Below, one piece after another: positions 51,196 through 61,431 of a DNA stretch of 64,000 nucleotides (positions within the stretch are counted from its first letter, which is position 1; each line of letters begins with the position of its first letter). The position numbers and the translations under genes are program-made. The notes below the pieces were generated by a model. That model saw nothing but the letters and a program-made list of their open reading frames with translations. It had not been told where the DNA came from and searched no databases. Origin of the DNA: a virus (Duplodnaviria; Caudoviricetes); IMG/VR virus record IMGVR_UViG_3300037312_001491, positions 1 to 64,000 of that record; one strand, 5' to 3'.

Positions 51196-52785
51196 ATGGA
51201 CGTCGCAGAACTCGTCGCATACCTCGGCCTCGCCATTGACGAGGAGGCGTGGAACCGTGGCCAGGAGCTGATCGAGAAGGCGCGCCACGGTGTCGAGGGC
51301 CTGAGCGAGGCGTCGAAGAAGCACCACAAGGAGGCCGACGAGGAGAAGTCGAAGTTCGGCGAGCTGAATGAGGTCCTGGAGAAGGGCCTCGAAACGCTGA
51401 TCGGCTACGAGGGCGTCAAGTCGTTTGGTGAACTACTCGAACACACGTCGAGGATGGTGTTCGAGGCCGGCAAGATGGCCCAGCGCATCGGCATGAGCGT
51501 CGAGTCCCTCCAAGCTCTCCAGTACGCCGCATCGCAGTCGGACGTCGCCGTCGACTCTCTCCAGTACGGCCTCCAGCGCCTCGCCTTCAACCTGTCGCTG
51601 ACTGGCGAGCGCGGAAAGTTCGCCGACGAGGCTCTGCGCAAGATCGGGATGACTCAGGCCGGCGTGCAGGCGCAGCTCAAGAGCGGCCACGGCCTTGACG
51701 ATGTCCTCGGCGAGATGGCCGACAAGTTCAAAAGCATGCCCGATGGTGCCGAAAAGGCGGCCATTGCGATGCAGCTGTTCGGTCGCACCGCCGGCCCTGA
51801 GATGATCCCCCTGCTCGACAAAGGGCGCGAGGGCCTGGCGCAACTCAAGGAGGAGGCGGAGGACCTCGGCGCGACGATGGGCGAGGAGGACGTCGAGCAG
51901 GTCAACGAGCTGGAAAAGGCGCAGAAGCGCCTGCATGCGCGTTGGGAGGGCCTCAAATTCCAGCTCATCACCGCGGTCATTCCGGCGATTCACGCGCTGG
52001 TCGACGCGTTCGCGTTCGCGTCGAAGGTCATTAGCCACAACACGCCGGTCATGATCGGCATTTTGGCGGCGCTGTCGGCCGCCATGCTCGCAACCGCGGC
52101 ATCGGCGGCGATGGCCTGGTACGCGATTGTGGCTCCGTTTCTCGCCGTCATTGCGCCAATCGCGGTAGCCGTCGCCGTCATCGCTACCGCGGTCACGTAC
52201 CTTGTCGAGGCGGTCGAGGGCAAGCTCACCAAGTTCGGGCAGGTGCTCGTCGCGGTGGGTCTGCTCATCATGTACGTATTCGCGCCGTGGATGGCCGTCG
52301 TCACCGCCATCGTCGCGCTCGGCACGCTGCTGTACCGTCACTGGGATGAGGTCGCCGACAAGTTCTCCGAGATCTGGAACAAGCTGACCGGCGGCATGGA
52401 GGGTGTGCGCGACCTGTTCGACGAGTACGGCCCCGAGATCGCGGCAGCGCTCACCATCGCGTTCGGACCCATCGGTGCCGCGGTCGCTGGCATCGCCTGG
52501 ATCATCACGCACTGGGACCAGGTCAAGGACGCGGTCGGCGCATTCGTCGGCGGCATCGACGGTGGTGCAGTCGGCCTCATGGATCGCATGCAGAACCCGT
52601 CGCGTGCCGGCGATGCGAACGCCATCGGCAAGCCTGCCGACAATGGCACCAACAACAACGTCGAGGTGCACAACAACGTCACCATCAACACCGGAGCGAG
52701 CAAGGACGACGTGAAGCAGGTGGTCAAGGAGCACTTCGACAACACGATGGTTCACACGATGAACGCCGTGAAGAAGGGAGGCTAG
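51196..52785 (+). CDS. Tape measure protein (short, 529 aa)
   Basis: ELVAYLGLAID start, LQALQYAA, AMQLFGR, hydrophobic Ala-rich C-terminal half. Confidence 0.85.
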   Translation: MDVAELVAYLGLAIDEEAWNRGQELIEKARHGVEGLSEASKKHHKEADEEKSKFGELNEVLEKGLETLIGYEGVKSFGELLEHTSRMVFEAGKMAQRIGMSVESLQALQYAASQSDVAVDSLQYGLQRLAFNLSLTGERGKFADEALRKIGMTQAGVQAQLKSGHGLDDVLGEMADKFKSMPDGAEKAAIAMQLFGRTAGPEMIPLLDKGREGLAQLKEEAEDLGATMGEEDVEQVNELEKAQKRLHARWEGLKFQLITAVIPAIHALVDAFAFASKVISHNTPVMIGILAALSAAMLATAASAAMAWYAIVAPFLAVIAPIAVAVAVIATAVTYLVEAVEGKLTKFGQVLVAVGLLIMYVFAPWMAVVTAIVALGTLLYRHWDEVADKFSEIWNKLTGGMEGVRDLFDEYGPEIAAALTIAFGPIGAAVAGIAWIITHWDQVKDAVGAFVGGIDGGAVGLMDRMQNPSRAGDANAIGKPADNGTNNNVEVHNNVTINTGASKDDVKQVVKEHFDNTMVHTMNAVKKGG

Positions 52786-52789
52786 CACC

Positions 52790-53611
52790 GTGTCCGACCA
52801 GCCCATCATCAACGACTACAAGCTCGCGACCTGCATGATCGACGGGTTTCCGATTGACGCGACCGTCTCAGAGAATCACGAACACGAAGCCGAGGTCACG
52901 GAGTTCCCCGTCGAGAAGGGGGCGGACACGACCGACAACCGCCGGCGCAAAAACCTCCGCGTGACGATGGAAGGCATCGTCAGCGACACGCCGCTCGGAG
53001 CCATCGCGCGGCACCAGACCCGTCAGTCGGGTATCCCGTCGGACACCGCGTACGCCAAGCTCATCGCGCTCGACGGCAGCGACGAGACGGTCACCATCGT
53101 CTCGTCCAAGGGCGTCTTCAAGAACATGCTCATGACCTCGCTGGAATTCCCGGCCGAGGGCGCGGAACCACACCAGCTCCACTTCCGCGCGCAGTTCAAG
53201 CAGGTCAACTTCGTCACGAACAACCGCACGACGATTCGCGTAGCGACACCGGCCGGCGTACGCGGCCCGCTCGTCACCGGCGCGACCCTGGCGAAGCTGG
53301 GGAACATGCGCATCCTCGTGTTCACGCTCAAGGCGAAGGACCCACGGCGTCCGAGCTATCCGCTCATCCTTGTCGAGAAAAACGGCGACCGCCACTACGA
53401 GACCTTCCCTGGCGTGTTCGGTACGCCGAAGCCCGACGGCGCCGTAGAGTCCGATGGCTACCACCCGTTCGACGCATTCGGCGCGACGCTCGACGGTCAC
53501 ACCGGGCAGTGGAACTACAAGGGCAAGCCGGTGACGGCGCGTCCGAACGCCTCCAAGACCGACACCAGCAACGGGTGGCACGAGTTCACCGCGGGCATGA
53601 CGAACTTCTAG
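52790..53611 (+). CDS. Baseplate/Dit-like tail initiator
   Basis: IDATVSENHEHEAEVTEFPVEKGA...VTMEGIVSD. Confidence 0.8.
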   Translation: MSDQPIINDYKLATCMIDGFPIDATVSENHEHEAEVTEFPVEKGADTTDNRRRKNLRVTMEGIVSDTPLGAIARHQTRQSGIPSDTAYAKLIALDGSDETVTIVSSKGVFKNMLMTSLEFPAEGAEPHQLHFRAQFKQVNFVTNNRTTIRVATPAGVRGPLVTGATLAKLGNMRILVFTLKAKDPRRPSYPLILVEKNGDRHYETFPGVFGTPKPDGAVESDGYHPFDAFGATLDGHTGQWNYKGKPVTARPNASKTDTSNGWHEFTAGMTNF

Positions 53612-53621
53612 GAGGACGACG

Positions 53622-53969
53622 ATGGCGGTACACCTCATCCCACTCCTTCCGTCGCAGCCCGACTACCTATTCTCCGTCGTGCTGGAGACGACGCCGTACG
53701 GCATGCACGTGTGCTGGAACGACCGCGATGCGGCCTGGTACTTCGACGTGCTCGATGCCGGCGGCACCATCATCCAGGCCGGCATCAAGATTGTGCTCGG
53801 TGCCTACCTCGGCCGCGCAATGCGTGTGTCGCCGTTCACCGACGGCGTGTTCATCGCGGTCGATACTTCGCGTGCCGGTCTCGACGCGACGTTCAACGAC
53901 CTCGGCACGCGCGTCCTCCTCTACTACGTGCCAGCACTCGACCTGCTCGCCGGCATGATGATCGCATGA
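53622..53969 (+). CDS. Baseplate protein
   Basis: WNDRDAAWYFDV...GIKIVLG...DLGTRVLLYY. Confidence 0.8.
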   Translation: MAVHLIPLLPSQPDYLFSVVLETTPYGMHVCWNDRDAAWYFDVLDAGGTIIQAGIKIVLGAYLGRAMRVSPFTDGVFIAVDTSRAGLDATFNDLGTRVLLYYVPALDLLAGMMIA

Positions 53970-54976
53970 GCACGCGCCTCTATAAGCGCGGCTGCAAGGT
54001 CACGCTCATCACGCCGAAGCGGCTGCCCAACGCGTTCTTCGACCGCGAGCCGGGCTCACAGAACGCGATCGAGATCACTGACATGCGCGTGCGGTTCGAG
54101 ATTGAACGGCACGTCAAGAGTGACCCGAACCACTGCGAGGTCATCATCACGAACCTCGCGGAGCGCACGCGCAGCCTCTGCGAGAAAAAGCCGCTCCAGG
54201 TGTGGATCGACGCTGGCTACGACGGTGTGCTCTACCAGCTGTTCACCGGCGACCTGCGCCTGGGCTACTCGAAGCTGGAGAAGCCAGAGTGGCACACGCA
54301 CATGAAGCTCGGCGACGGCGACCGCGCGCTGCGCCTGGCGCGCGTGAACCGCTCGTATTCCAGCGGCACGCCGATCCTGACGGCGGTGCGAGACACCGCG
54401 GCCTCGATGGGGCTGACGATCAACCCGGCGGAGGCGTCGAGGCTCGCCTCGCTCCAGATCCAATTCCTGGCCCCCAAGGCAGTTCAGGGGTCATCGCGCG
54501 ATGAGCTGACGCGTCTGCTGTCGCCGTACGGGATTACCTGGTCCATCCAGAACGGCCGGCTCCAGCTCCTCCGCGACACCGACGCGCTCCAGGGCCAGAC
54601 GGTACTGGTTAGCCAGGACACCGGTCTCATCGGCTCGCCATCGTTCACCACGCCGACGCAGGGGAGCAGCCTCAACGGCAAGCCATCCCAAATCCGATTC
54701 AAGATGCTGCTCTACCCCCTGCTTACGCCGGGGCAGCTGGTCGAGGTGCATTCGCGCGACGTCGCCGGTCGCACCTTCCGGGTCGAACGCTTGACACATC
54801 GCGGAGATACGCATGGCGATGAGTGGTTCACCGAGGTCGAAGCGTCGCCGGCGCAGCCCAGCACCGGTACCAAGCCGTCCGTCGTATCTCCGATTGCGCC
54901 AGATCACCCGTTCACGGACCATGTGAAGGAGTTCGGCCAGCAGCTCACTAAGAAGTTTTCCGGAAAGAAGACCTAA
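53966..54976 (+). CDS. Baseplate hub protein
   Basis: IITNLAE, IDAGY...LFTGD, WSIQNGRLQ, VSQDTGLIGSP, GDTHGDEWFT. Confidence 0.85.
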   Translation: MSTRLYKRGCKVTLITPKRLPNAFFDREPGSQNAIEITDMRVRFEIERHVKSDPNHCEVIITNLAERTRSLCEKKPLQVWIDAGYDGVLYQLFTGDLRLGYSKLEKPEWHTHMKLGDGDRALRLARVNRSYSSGTPILTAVRDTAASMGLTINPAEASRLASLQIQFLAPKAVQGSSRDELTRLLSPYGITWSIQNGRLQLLRDTDALQGQTVLVSQDTGLIGSPSFTTPTQGSSLNGKPSQIRFKMLLYPLLTPGQLVEVHSRDVAGRTFRVERLTHRGDTHGDEWFTEVEASPAQPSTGTKPSVVSPIAPDHPFTDHVKEFGQQLTKKFSGKKT

Positions 54977-54977
54977 G

Positions 54978-54994
54978 CTGGCACAGTTTTTGCA
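54978..54994 (+). promoter_or_regulatory. Sigma54-type promoter before spike gene
   Basis: CTGGCACAGTTTTTGCA. Confidence 0.7.
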
Positions 54995-55013
54995 TTAGGC
55001 TAGACTGGGCGGT

Positions 55014-55724
55014 ATGGGCTCGGAGCCGCAGCCGCTACAGACGCCGTCCCTGCCCCAGGTCCTGGCGGCAGCCCTGGACGCCGCCCTGGAGGACGTACAC
55101 ACGTGCTCCTGGGGGTCGGTTCTGTCATACGACGCCGCCTCCCAGACCTGCTCGGTGCAGATCATCCAGCGGCGGCCGTACACGGACGAGGACGGCGCGC
55201 GCCAGACCGAGCGCCCGGCGCCGCTGCTCGAAGTCCCGGTCCTGTTCATGGGCGCCGGCGCGTACTCGATCACGTGGCCACTCATCCCTGGCGATGTCGT
55301 GCTCCTGCTGTTCATGGAGCGCGCGATGGACGCGTGGCACGCGAGCGGCCAGACCGACGTCGACGCCGGCGACGACCGCAGGCACTCGCTGTCGGACGCC
55401 ATCGCGGTCCCCGGCCTGCGCAGCCGCAAGAACAAGATCGACACGCCGCCGTCGGACGCGATGGTCCTCACCGGGCCCAAGATCCAACTCGGCAGCAAGA
55501 ATGCCTCGAACGGCGTGCTCACCACGAGCGACGGGACCGCGTTCATCGAGGCACTCGCGTACGCGATTGCACAGAGCGCCGCAGTTCCGGCGCAGGCCCC
55601 CGGAACGGCAGCTCTGACGAATCTCTACAACGCCCTGACCAGCGGTGCTTCTCCACCGACGTCTCCTCCGACACCCGGGGGCGCGTGGCCGACCGGATCA
55701 TCGAAGGTGAAGGCAGACGACTAA
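55014..55724 (+). CDS. Baseplate spike protein (Gp138-like N-terminal domain)
   Basis: LEVPVLFMGAG...PGDVVLLLFMERAMDAW...RRHSLSDAIAVPG. Confidence 0.85.
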   Translation: MGSEPQPLQTPSLPQVLAAALDAALEDVHTCSWGSVLSYDAASQTCSVQIIQRRPYTDEDGARQTERPAPLLEVPVLFMGAGAYSITWPLIPGDVVLLLFMERAMDAWHASGQTDVDAGDDRRHSLSDAIAVPGLRSRKNKIDTPPSDAMVLTGPKIQLGSKNASNGVLTTSDGTAFIEALAYAIAQSAAVPAQAPGTAALTNLYNALTSGASPPTSPPTPGGAWPTGSSKVKADD

Positions 55725-56131
55725 TGGCGCTGCTCTCGACCGACCCCATTGACCTCCTGCTCGACTCCAGCGGGGACCTCGTCATCCAGGACGGGGACCT
55801 GGTGTTCTCGTCGGGCGCGGCCGGCGTCGCCCAGGCCATCCGCCAGGTCGTGCTCCTGGTGCGCGGCGAGTGGTTCCTCGACCTCGACGCTGGCCTCCCC
55901 TACTTTGAACGCGACGGCGTGCCGGCGTCGGACGCCATCATGGGCCAGCAGTTCAACCAGGTCCATACGGAGTCGGTGTTCCGCGAGGCCATCGAGACCG
56001 CGCCTGGCGTCGGCGAAATCGTCTCGGTCAGCGCCACATACGACAACAGCACGCGCCAGCTGACGGTCGCGTGGGTCGTGGTCGCGACGTTCGGCGACAC
56101 CATCTCGGACTCGCTGTCCCGGGGGATTTAG
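55724..56131 (+). CDS. Baseplate wedge subunit (gp25-like position)
   Basis: DLLLD..GDL, GEWFLDLDAGLPY, AIETAPGV. Confidence 0.8.
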   Translation: MALLSTDPIDLLLDSSGDLVIQDGDLVFSSGAAGVAQAIRQVVLLVRGEWFLDLDAGLPYFERDGVPASDAIMGQQFNQVHTESVFREAIETAPGVGEIVSVSATYDNSTRQLTVAWVVVATFGDTISDSLSRGI

Positions 56132-56132
56132 C

Positions 56133-57488
56133 GTGGCGACCACCTACGGGCTCACCGACCTCGGTCTCGTCATCAAGACGCTGACCATCATCCGCGCCGA
56201 CCTCGAAGCGGCGATGCGCGCGGCCTTCGGCGCATCGCTCAAGCTCGGCGATACGACACTGCTTGGCCAGATCTGCGGCATCATGGCGGAGCGGTACGCG
56301 GAGCTATGGGCACTCCTCGCGGCGGTCTATGCGTCGCAGGACCCGAACGCGGCGACCGGCCTGTCACTCGACAACGTCTCGGCGATCACCGGCACGACCC
56401 GTCCACCGGCGTCGTACTCGACCGTCACACTGACCGGCACCGGCACCCCGAGCACGGTGGTCCCGGCGTCGACGCAGGTCGAGACGGCGAGCACGGCCAT
56501 CAAGTTCACGACGACCGCGGACGAGACGCTGGTCGCTGTGTCGGCGTGGGCGGCCAACCACACGTACGTCATCGGCGACCGCGTGACGAACGGCGGCAAC
56601 GTCTACCAGTGCACCATCGCCGGCGTCAGCGCCAGCTCGGGTGGGCCGAGCGGCACCGGCACGGCCATCGTCGACAACTTCGCAACATGGGCGTACGTCG
56701 GTGCGGGCACCGCGGCTGCGGACATTGCCGCACGCGCCGTCGACACCGGTGACATCGCGGCGGCCGCCGGTGACCTCACGGTCATCGACACACCCGTCGC
56801 CGGCCTGTCGAACATCACGAACCTGCTCGATGCCGCGCGCGGCCGCGACGTCGCCACGGACGAGGAGCTGCGCCTGCTCCGCGAGGCCGAGCTGTCTGGT
56901 GATGGCGTCAGCACCGAGGACGCCATCGAGGCGGCCGTCCTCCAGATCGCCAACGTCGTCGCGTGCACGGTCTACGTCAACGACACCGACACGACGAATG
57001 TGGACGGCATGCCGCCTCACTCCGTCGAGGTCGTCGTCCTCGGCGGCGCCGATCAGGACATCGCCAACACGCTGTTCGCCGAGGTCGCCGCCGGCATCGC
57101 GACGCACTCGTCCAGCTCGAACTCGGCCACGGTCGTCGACAGTCAGGGCGTCTCGCACACCATCTACTTCACGCGGCCGGCGCAGATCCTCGTCTACGTC
57201 GACCTGACACTGACCTACGACGCCGAGCTGTACCCGTCGGACGGCGACGCGGAGATCCAGGCCGCCATCACGGCGTTCGGCGCGAAGTTCCCGTCCGGCA
57301 AGAACGTGACGTCGTCCGGCGTCGGTGCACAGGCGTTCTCGGTGCCCGGTGTGCTCGACGTCACCCCGGTCTACATCGGCACGTCCCCGAGTCCGGGCTC
57401 CAGCGCGACCATCGCCGTGTCCACGCGGCAGCTCGCCGTGTTCGACACCAGCCGCATCAACATCCACTCCAGCGCGGCCACCCCATGA
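56133..57488 (+). CDS. Baseplate J-like protein with inserted carbohydrate-binding-like module
   Basis: AVYASQDP..ATGLSLD, GRDVATDEELR, GMPPHSVEVVVLGG; insert WAANHTYVIGDRVTNGGNVYQC. Confidence 0.9.
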   Translation: MATTYGLTDLGLVIKTLTIIRADLEAAMRAAFGASLKLGDTTLLGQICGIMAERYAELWALLAAVYASQDPNAATGLSLDNVSAITGTTRPPASYSTVTLTGTGTPSTVVPASTQVETASTAIKFTTTADETLVAVSAWAANHTYVIGDRVTNGGNVYQCTIAGVSASSGGPSGTGTAIVDNFATWAYVGAGTAAADIAARAVDTGDIAAAAGDLTVIDTPVAGLSNITNLLDAARGRDVATDEELRLLREAELSGDGVSTEDAIEAAVLQIANVVACTVYVNDTDTTNVDGMPPHSVEVVVLGGADQDIANTLFAEVAAGIATHSSSSNSATVVDSQGVSHTIYFTRPAQILVYVDLTLTYDAELYPSDGDAEIQAAITAFGAKFPSGKNVTSSGVGAQAFSVPGVLDVTPVYIGTSPSPGSSATIAVSTRQLAVFDTSRINIHSSAATP

Positions 57489-60400
57489 ACACTCGATACC
57501 TCCGATACCTCCTGGCCGCCCTCTTCCTGACGGCGTGGTGCTCGAACGCCGGCTGCGGCACGGGCGACAACGCCACCGCCGACGCAGGGGGCGCTGGCAA
57601 CTTCGACCACCCGTCGACTGGCTTCGGGGGACCCATCGCCCCCCAGGGTGGCACCATCACCGGCATCACCGGCACGAGTGGTGTTACCGGCAACTGCGCC
57701 GCCGGCCCGTGCACACTCAGCGCCGACACGACGTTCGTCCAGAAGCGTGTCACCGGCACGTGCGCGAGCGGTCTCGCCATCGGTACCGTGAACGCGGACG
57801 GCACGGTGAGCTGCAACACCGCCGGCATCTCTGGCACGGGCACGACCGGTGACCTCACGGCGTGGGCAACGTCGACGTCGCTCGGCAACTATGCTGGCTC
57901 GTCGCCGGCGCCGTGCACCGTCGGCAACGTGACCACCGGTGTCTCGATCGGCGCGAATGGTGTACTCGCGAACACCTGCACGGCGATCGGCACGCAGGGC
58001 GGTACGACCGGCACGGGCACCGCGAACACGCTCGCCATGTTCACCGGCCCGACGGCGATCGGCAACGGCCCGCTCGTCTACAACGGCACGGACACAATTA
58101 CTGGCCCGCGCGTCTACGCGGTCTCGTCGTCGTCGTCCAACCCGGTCTTCCAGGCCACGCAGAGCGGGGCGACCCCGAGCAACTGGTGGATGGGCAGCGT
58201 GATTGGCACGACAACGTGGTTCCTTGGGAACGACAACGCCGCGACGACCGCAATGACCGCGACCTACGCGGGCGACGTGACGCTGCCGCACAACGTGACG
58301 CTCGGGTCGTCGTCGGGCAACCTCCACACGTTCTTTGGCACGACGCAGACAACCGACGGCGCCGGATACCTTAGGCACACCTCGGCGTCGGGCATCAACT
58401 ACATCGAGAGCGGCACGACCCAGTCGAGCGGTAGCACCGCGCCGCTGCTGTTCACCGATATGCTGGCCGCGCACACGTGGGGGGAGTTCGACGCGAGCGG
58501 CAACTTCCTCGCGTTCAACAACGCGACGATCACCAAAAAGGTCAGCACGTCCAACGACTCGTCCGGCGGCGGTTATCAGATCGATGGCATCGATACGCTC
58601 TATCGGCATGGCGCGGATGGCCACCTCTACCTCGTCAATCCGTACAGCGTTGGCGGTTCGGGTGCATACAACGTGGTGATCAAGCCGTCGTCGACCGGCG
58701 GCGCAGACGTGCTCAGCACGAACGGTGGAACGTTCACGCTCGACGCAAGCGCCAACGCGACATTGACCGGCGCACTCGTTACGGGTCTCAACGTCGATGT
58801 CGGCGGGACGAACTGGCACACAATCCTCAACTGGAACGGCTCGACAAACGAGGACAGCTATCTTCGAGCAGGCAAGACAGCCGGTGCTGTTTACGTCGGT
58901 GACGTGAACACGGGCGGCGTCTACCTCGGTGGCGGTGCCAACTACTCGGATGCGACCGGCGGCCTGTACGCCGGCACGGCCGGCGACTTCGCCGACGAGC
59001 TTCAGGTCTCGAAGGTTCGTAAGAACGCCGCGCCGAATTCGGATGCCGTCGGTGACAACTCGGGCGCCAGCTGCACGGGCGCTCCGAGCTGGACGGTGTG
59101 CAATTACACCGATACGCTTACGTATGCGACAGCCACGACGACATCGCCTCGTGGCCTGTCCGAGACCGTCGGCAAACTCACCGCGAGTGGGACGGCGGGC
59201 AGTGATTATCGCTTCTACGCGAAGTCCGCTAGTCACGGCGTCTCCGATGTTCGGTCGCAGACGTGGACGTTCTCGGTCTGGATGAAGCTCGTCAGCGGCG
59301 GCCCAGCAACGCTGGCCGTCCAACTCGCGCGCAACAACTTCGCGAACGATGTCACCGCCGCCTCCTGCTCCGTCGGCAGTTCAGCGTGGACGCGGTGCTC
59401 GGTCGTCGCCACGTTCAGCGCGACCAGCTACACCGACAACAGTGAGATCGACGCAAGCATCTTCGATGTCACCACTTCGACAGGTGCCGTCTACATCTAC
59501 GGTTCGCAGATCGAACAGCACAACGGCCCGACGCCGTACCAGCGCAACGACGCGACGCTCGACACCACGGTGTCGTCGGGCACGCTTTCGATGCACGCGC
59601 CGATGGCTCGGTTCGGGCAGTACGAGCAGGATCCCGACGTCTACGTTCGCTACTTCGACGATACCAGCGGCGCCTACTACGGCCTTCTGTCAAGGGCGCC
59701 AGCGAGCGGAGGCACCGTCTGTGTGGATGGCGGCACCTGCACGCCTGCATCGGCCAGCGAGGCGATCACCGGACGCACGCTCGGTGGGGGCGCCATTGCA
59801 ATCCACGGCGATGCGACCGCGGGTGGCACGGCCGGGCAGTTCGACGGCGGCGTGAACGTGACGGGAACGCTGACCGTCCCCACCGTCACCGGATCTTCGA
59901 CGCTGGATATCAGTGCATTCGACCAGCTCACGATCTCCACGAGCGACAGCCATGCAGTCGGTATGACACTCGAAGAGTCAGGCTTCGGCTCCCTCGACAT
60001 CAAGGCGACCGGCATCGGCAACGCGGTCAATATCTCCAGCGCGTCGGGCCCTGTGACCATTAGCGGCCAGCTCGTGTTCGGTGTGTTCTCGCCAGCGTCG
60101 ATCAGCGGCATGCAGAACAACTGGGCGCCGAGCGGCATCGCAAGCGCCATCATCGTCCGCATCGCGACGAGCACGGTCGCCGACATCACGGGCATCTCCA
60201 CATGCACGGTCGATGGCCGCTACCTGATCCTGCGCAACGTCTCCTCGAACGTGGTGCGGCTGTGGGACCACGACAGTCGGAGTTCGGCGGCGAACGAGTT
60301 CGCGCTCAACAACGATATCGTGTCGCTGCCGCCCGGCGAGGCGATGGCGATCACCTGCTCGACGAATGACAGCAAGTGGCATCAGACCGCGCTCTCCTAC

Positions 60401-61189
60401 TCGCCGACAGAGAACAAGTACAAGTCGCAGCACCTGGAGATGAACGAGGAGTTTATCGGCGGTTTTAATAACCCGACGAACGGTATGTTCTTTGACGGGT
60501 GGTTCAGCGCTGCGTTTTCTGGAGCCTCGGCAACAGTTGGGACAATCAGCGCAACGACCGCCGTGGCTGGGCGACCCGGAGTCTGGACGGTATTTAGTGG
60601 CACAGCCTCTACCGGGTTCTCCTATATCTACACGAGCCGCAGTACATTCAATCTCGCCGACGAGACAGGATGGATTGCCTCTACAGTCGAAGTGCCGCAA
60701 CTTAGCAACGGCACCGATGATTTCGTGCTGGTCGATGGCTGGTACGACAACACGAACGCGGCGCCGACGGATGCGATTTACTTCCTGTACGACGGACAAA
60801 ATCATTTGGCTGGTGGTGCAAATCCAAGCAAGCTGGACAAGTGGGAGGCATGTGTGGCCAAGAGCGGTTCGCGGCTGTGCTATCTGCTTGATGGGACGAC
60901 TGCCTGCGACGGTGGATTCACGTCAGTGAACGTTCCGGTTTCAACTACAAGCTACGAACGGTTCATTGTCGTGTACTCGCCGAACGAGGCAGATTTCTAT
61001 GTCGACCAGGGCAGTGGCAGGACAAAGGTATGCCAGATCACGACGGCAGCCGACCTACCGATCGGGGGCGTAGGCAACGCGACGGGCGCCGCGTTTGGAA
61101 TCCTGAAGGCTACGGGGACAACCGCAGTGCAGGCATTCATCGATCAGATGAACGTCGCGATCGACCTCAACGCCGCAAGGAGCCCGTGA
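57485..61189 (+). CDS. Large fibre/adhesin-like protein (1234 aa) with signal-peptide-like N-terminus
   Basis: MNTRYLRYLLAALFLTAWCSNAGC; G/T/S-rich beta repeats; carbohydrate-binding-like block TFSVWMK..WTRCSV..GSQIEQ. Confidence 0.75.
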   Translation: MNTRYLRYLLAALFLTAWCSNAGCGTGDNATADAGGAGNFDHPSTGFGGPIAPQGGTITGITGTSGVTGNCAAGPCTLSADTTFVQKRVTGTCASGLAIGTVNADGTVSCNTAGISGTGTTGDLTAWATSTSLGNYAGSSPAPCTVGNVTTGVSIGANGVLANTCTAIGTQGGTTGTGTANTLAMFTGPTAIGNGPLVYNGTDTITGPRVYAVSSSSSNPVFQATQSGATPSNWWMGSVIGTTTWFLGNDNAATTAMTATYAGDVTLPHNVTLGSSSGNLHTFFGTTQTTDGAGYLRHTSASGINYIESGTTQSSGSTAPLLFTDMLAAHTWGEFDASGNFLAFNNATITKKVSTSNDSSGGGYQIDGIDTLYRHGADGHLYLVNPYSVGGSGAYNVVIKPSSTGGADVLSTNGGTFTLDASANATLTGALVTGLNVDVGGTNWHTILNWNGSTNEDSYLRAGKTAGAVYVGDVNTGGVYLGGGANYSDATGGLYAGTAGDFADELQVSKVRKNAAPNSDAVGDNSGASCTGAPSWTVCNYTDTLTYATATTTSPRGLSETVGKLTASGTAGSDYRFYAKSASHGVSDVRSQTWTFSVWMKLVSGGPATLAVQLARNNFANDVTAASCSVGSSAWTRCSVVATFSATSYTDNSEIDASIFDVTTSTGAVYIYGSQIEQHNGPTPYQRNDATLDTTVSSGTLSMHAPMARFGQYEQDPDVYVRYFDDTSGAYYGLLSRAPASGGTVCVDGGTCTPASASEAITGRTLGGGAIAIHGDATAGGTAGQFDGGVNVTGTLTVPTVTGSSTLDISAFDQLTISTSDSHAVGMTLEESGFGSLDIKATGIGNAVNISSASGPVTISGQLVFGVFSPASISGMQNNWAPSGIASAIIVRIATSTVADITGISTCTVDGRYLILRNVSSNVVRLWDHDSRSSAANEFALNNDIVSLPPGEAMAITCSTNDSKWHQTALSYSPTENKYKSQHLEMNEEFIGGFNNPTNGMFFDGWFSAAFSGASATVGTISATTAVAGRPGVWTVFSGTASTGFSYIYTSRSTFNLADETGWIASTVEVPQLSNGTDDFVLVDGWYDNTNAAPTDAIYFLYDGQNHLAGGANPSKLDKWEACVAKSGSRLCYLLDGTTACDGGFTSVNVPVSTTSYERFIVVYSPNEADFYVDQGSGRTKVCQITTAADLPIGGVGNATGAAFGILKATGTTAVQAFIDQMNVAIDLNAARSP

Positions 61190-61431
61190 TGTCCATCGCA
61201 GTCACCAAGGTCACGCGCAACAGCGACGGCAAGCAGGGCCGCGCGTTCCAGATCTCGATCGACTTCGCAACGGCGGATGCGACCAGCCTGCTCGTCGCAA
61301 TACTGTTCCAGCATCAGGTCGCATTCACGTTCGGCGACTGGATCGTCCTCTACCTCGACGCGGAGGGCACCGCGCAGTGCGACCTCGGCACGCAGGCGAT
61401 GCTCCTGACGCGGTGGACGGTGACGCCGTGA
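61189..61431 (+). CDS. Hypothetical protein
   Basis: TGATG overlap, AAGGAG RBS. Confidence 0.5.
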   Translation: MSIAVTKVTRNSDGKQGRAFQISIDFATADATSLLVAILFQHQVAFTFGDWIVLYLDAEGTAQCDLGTQAMLLTRWTVTP

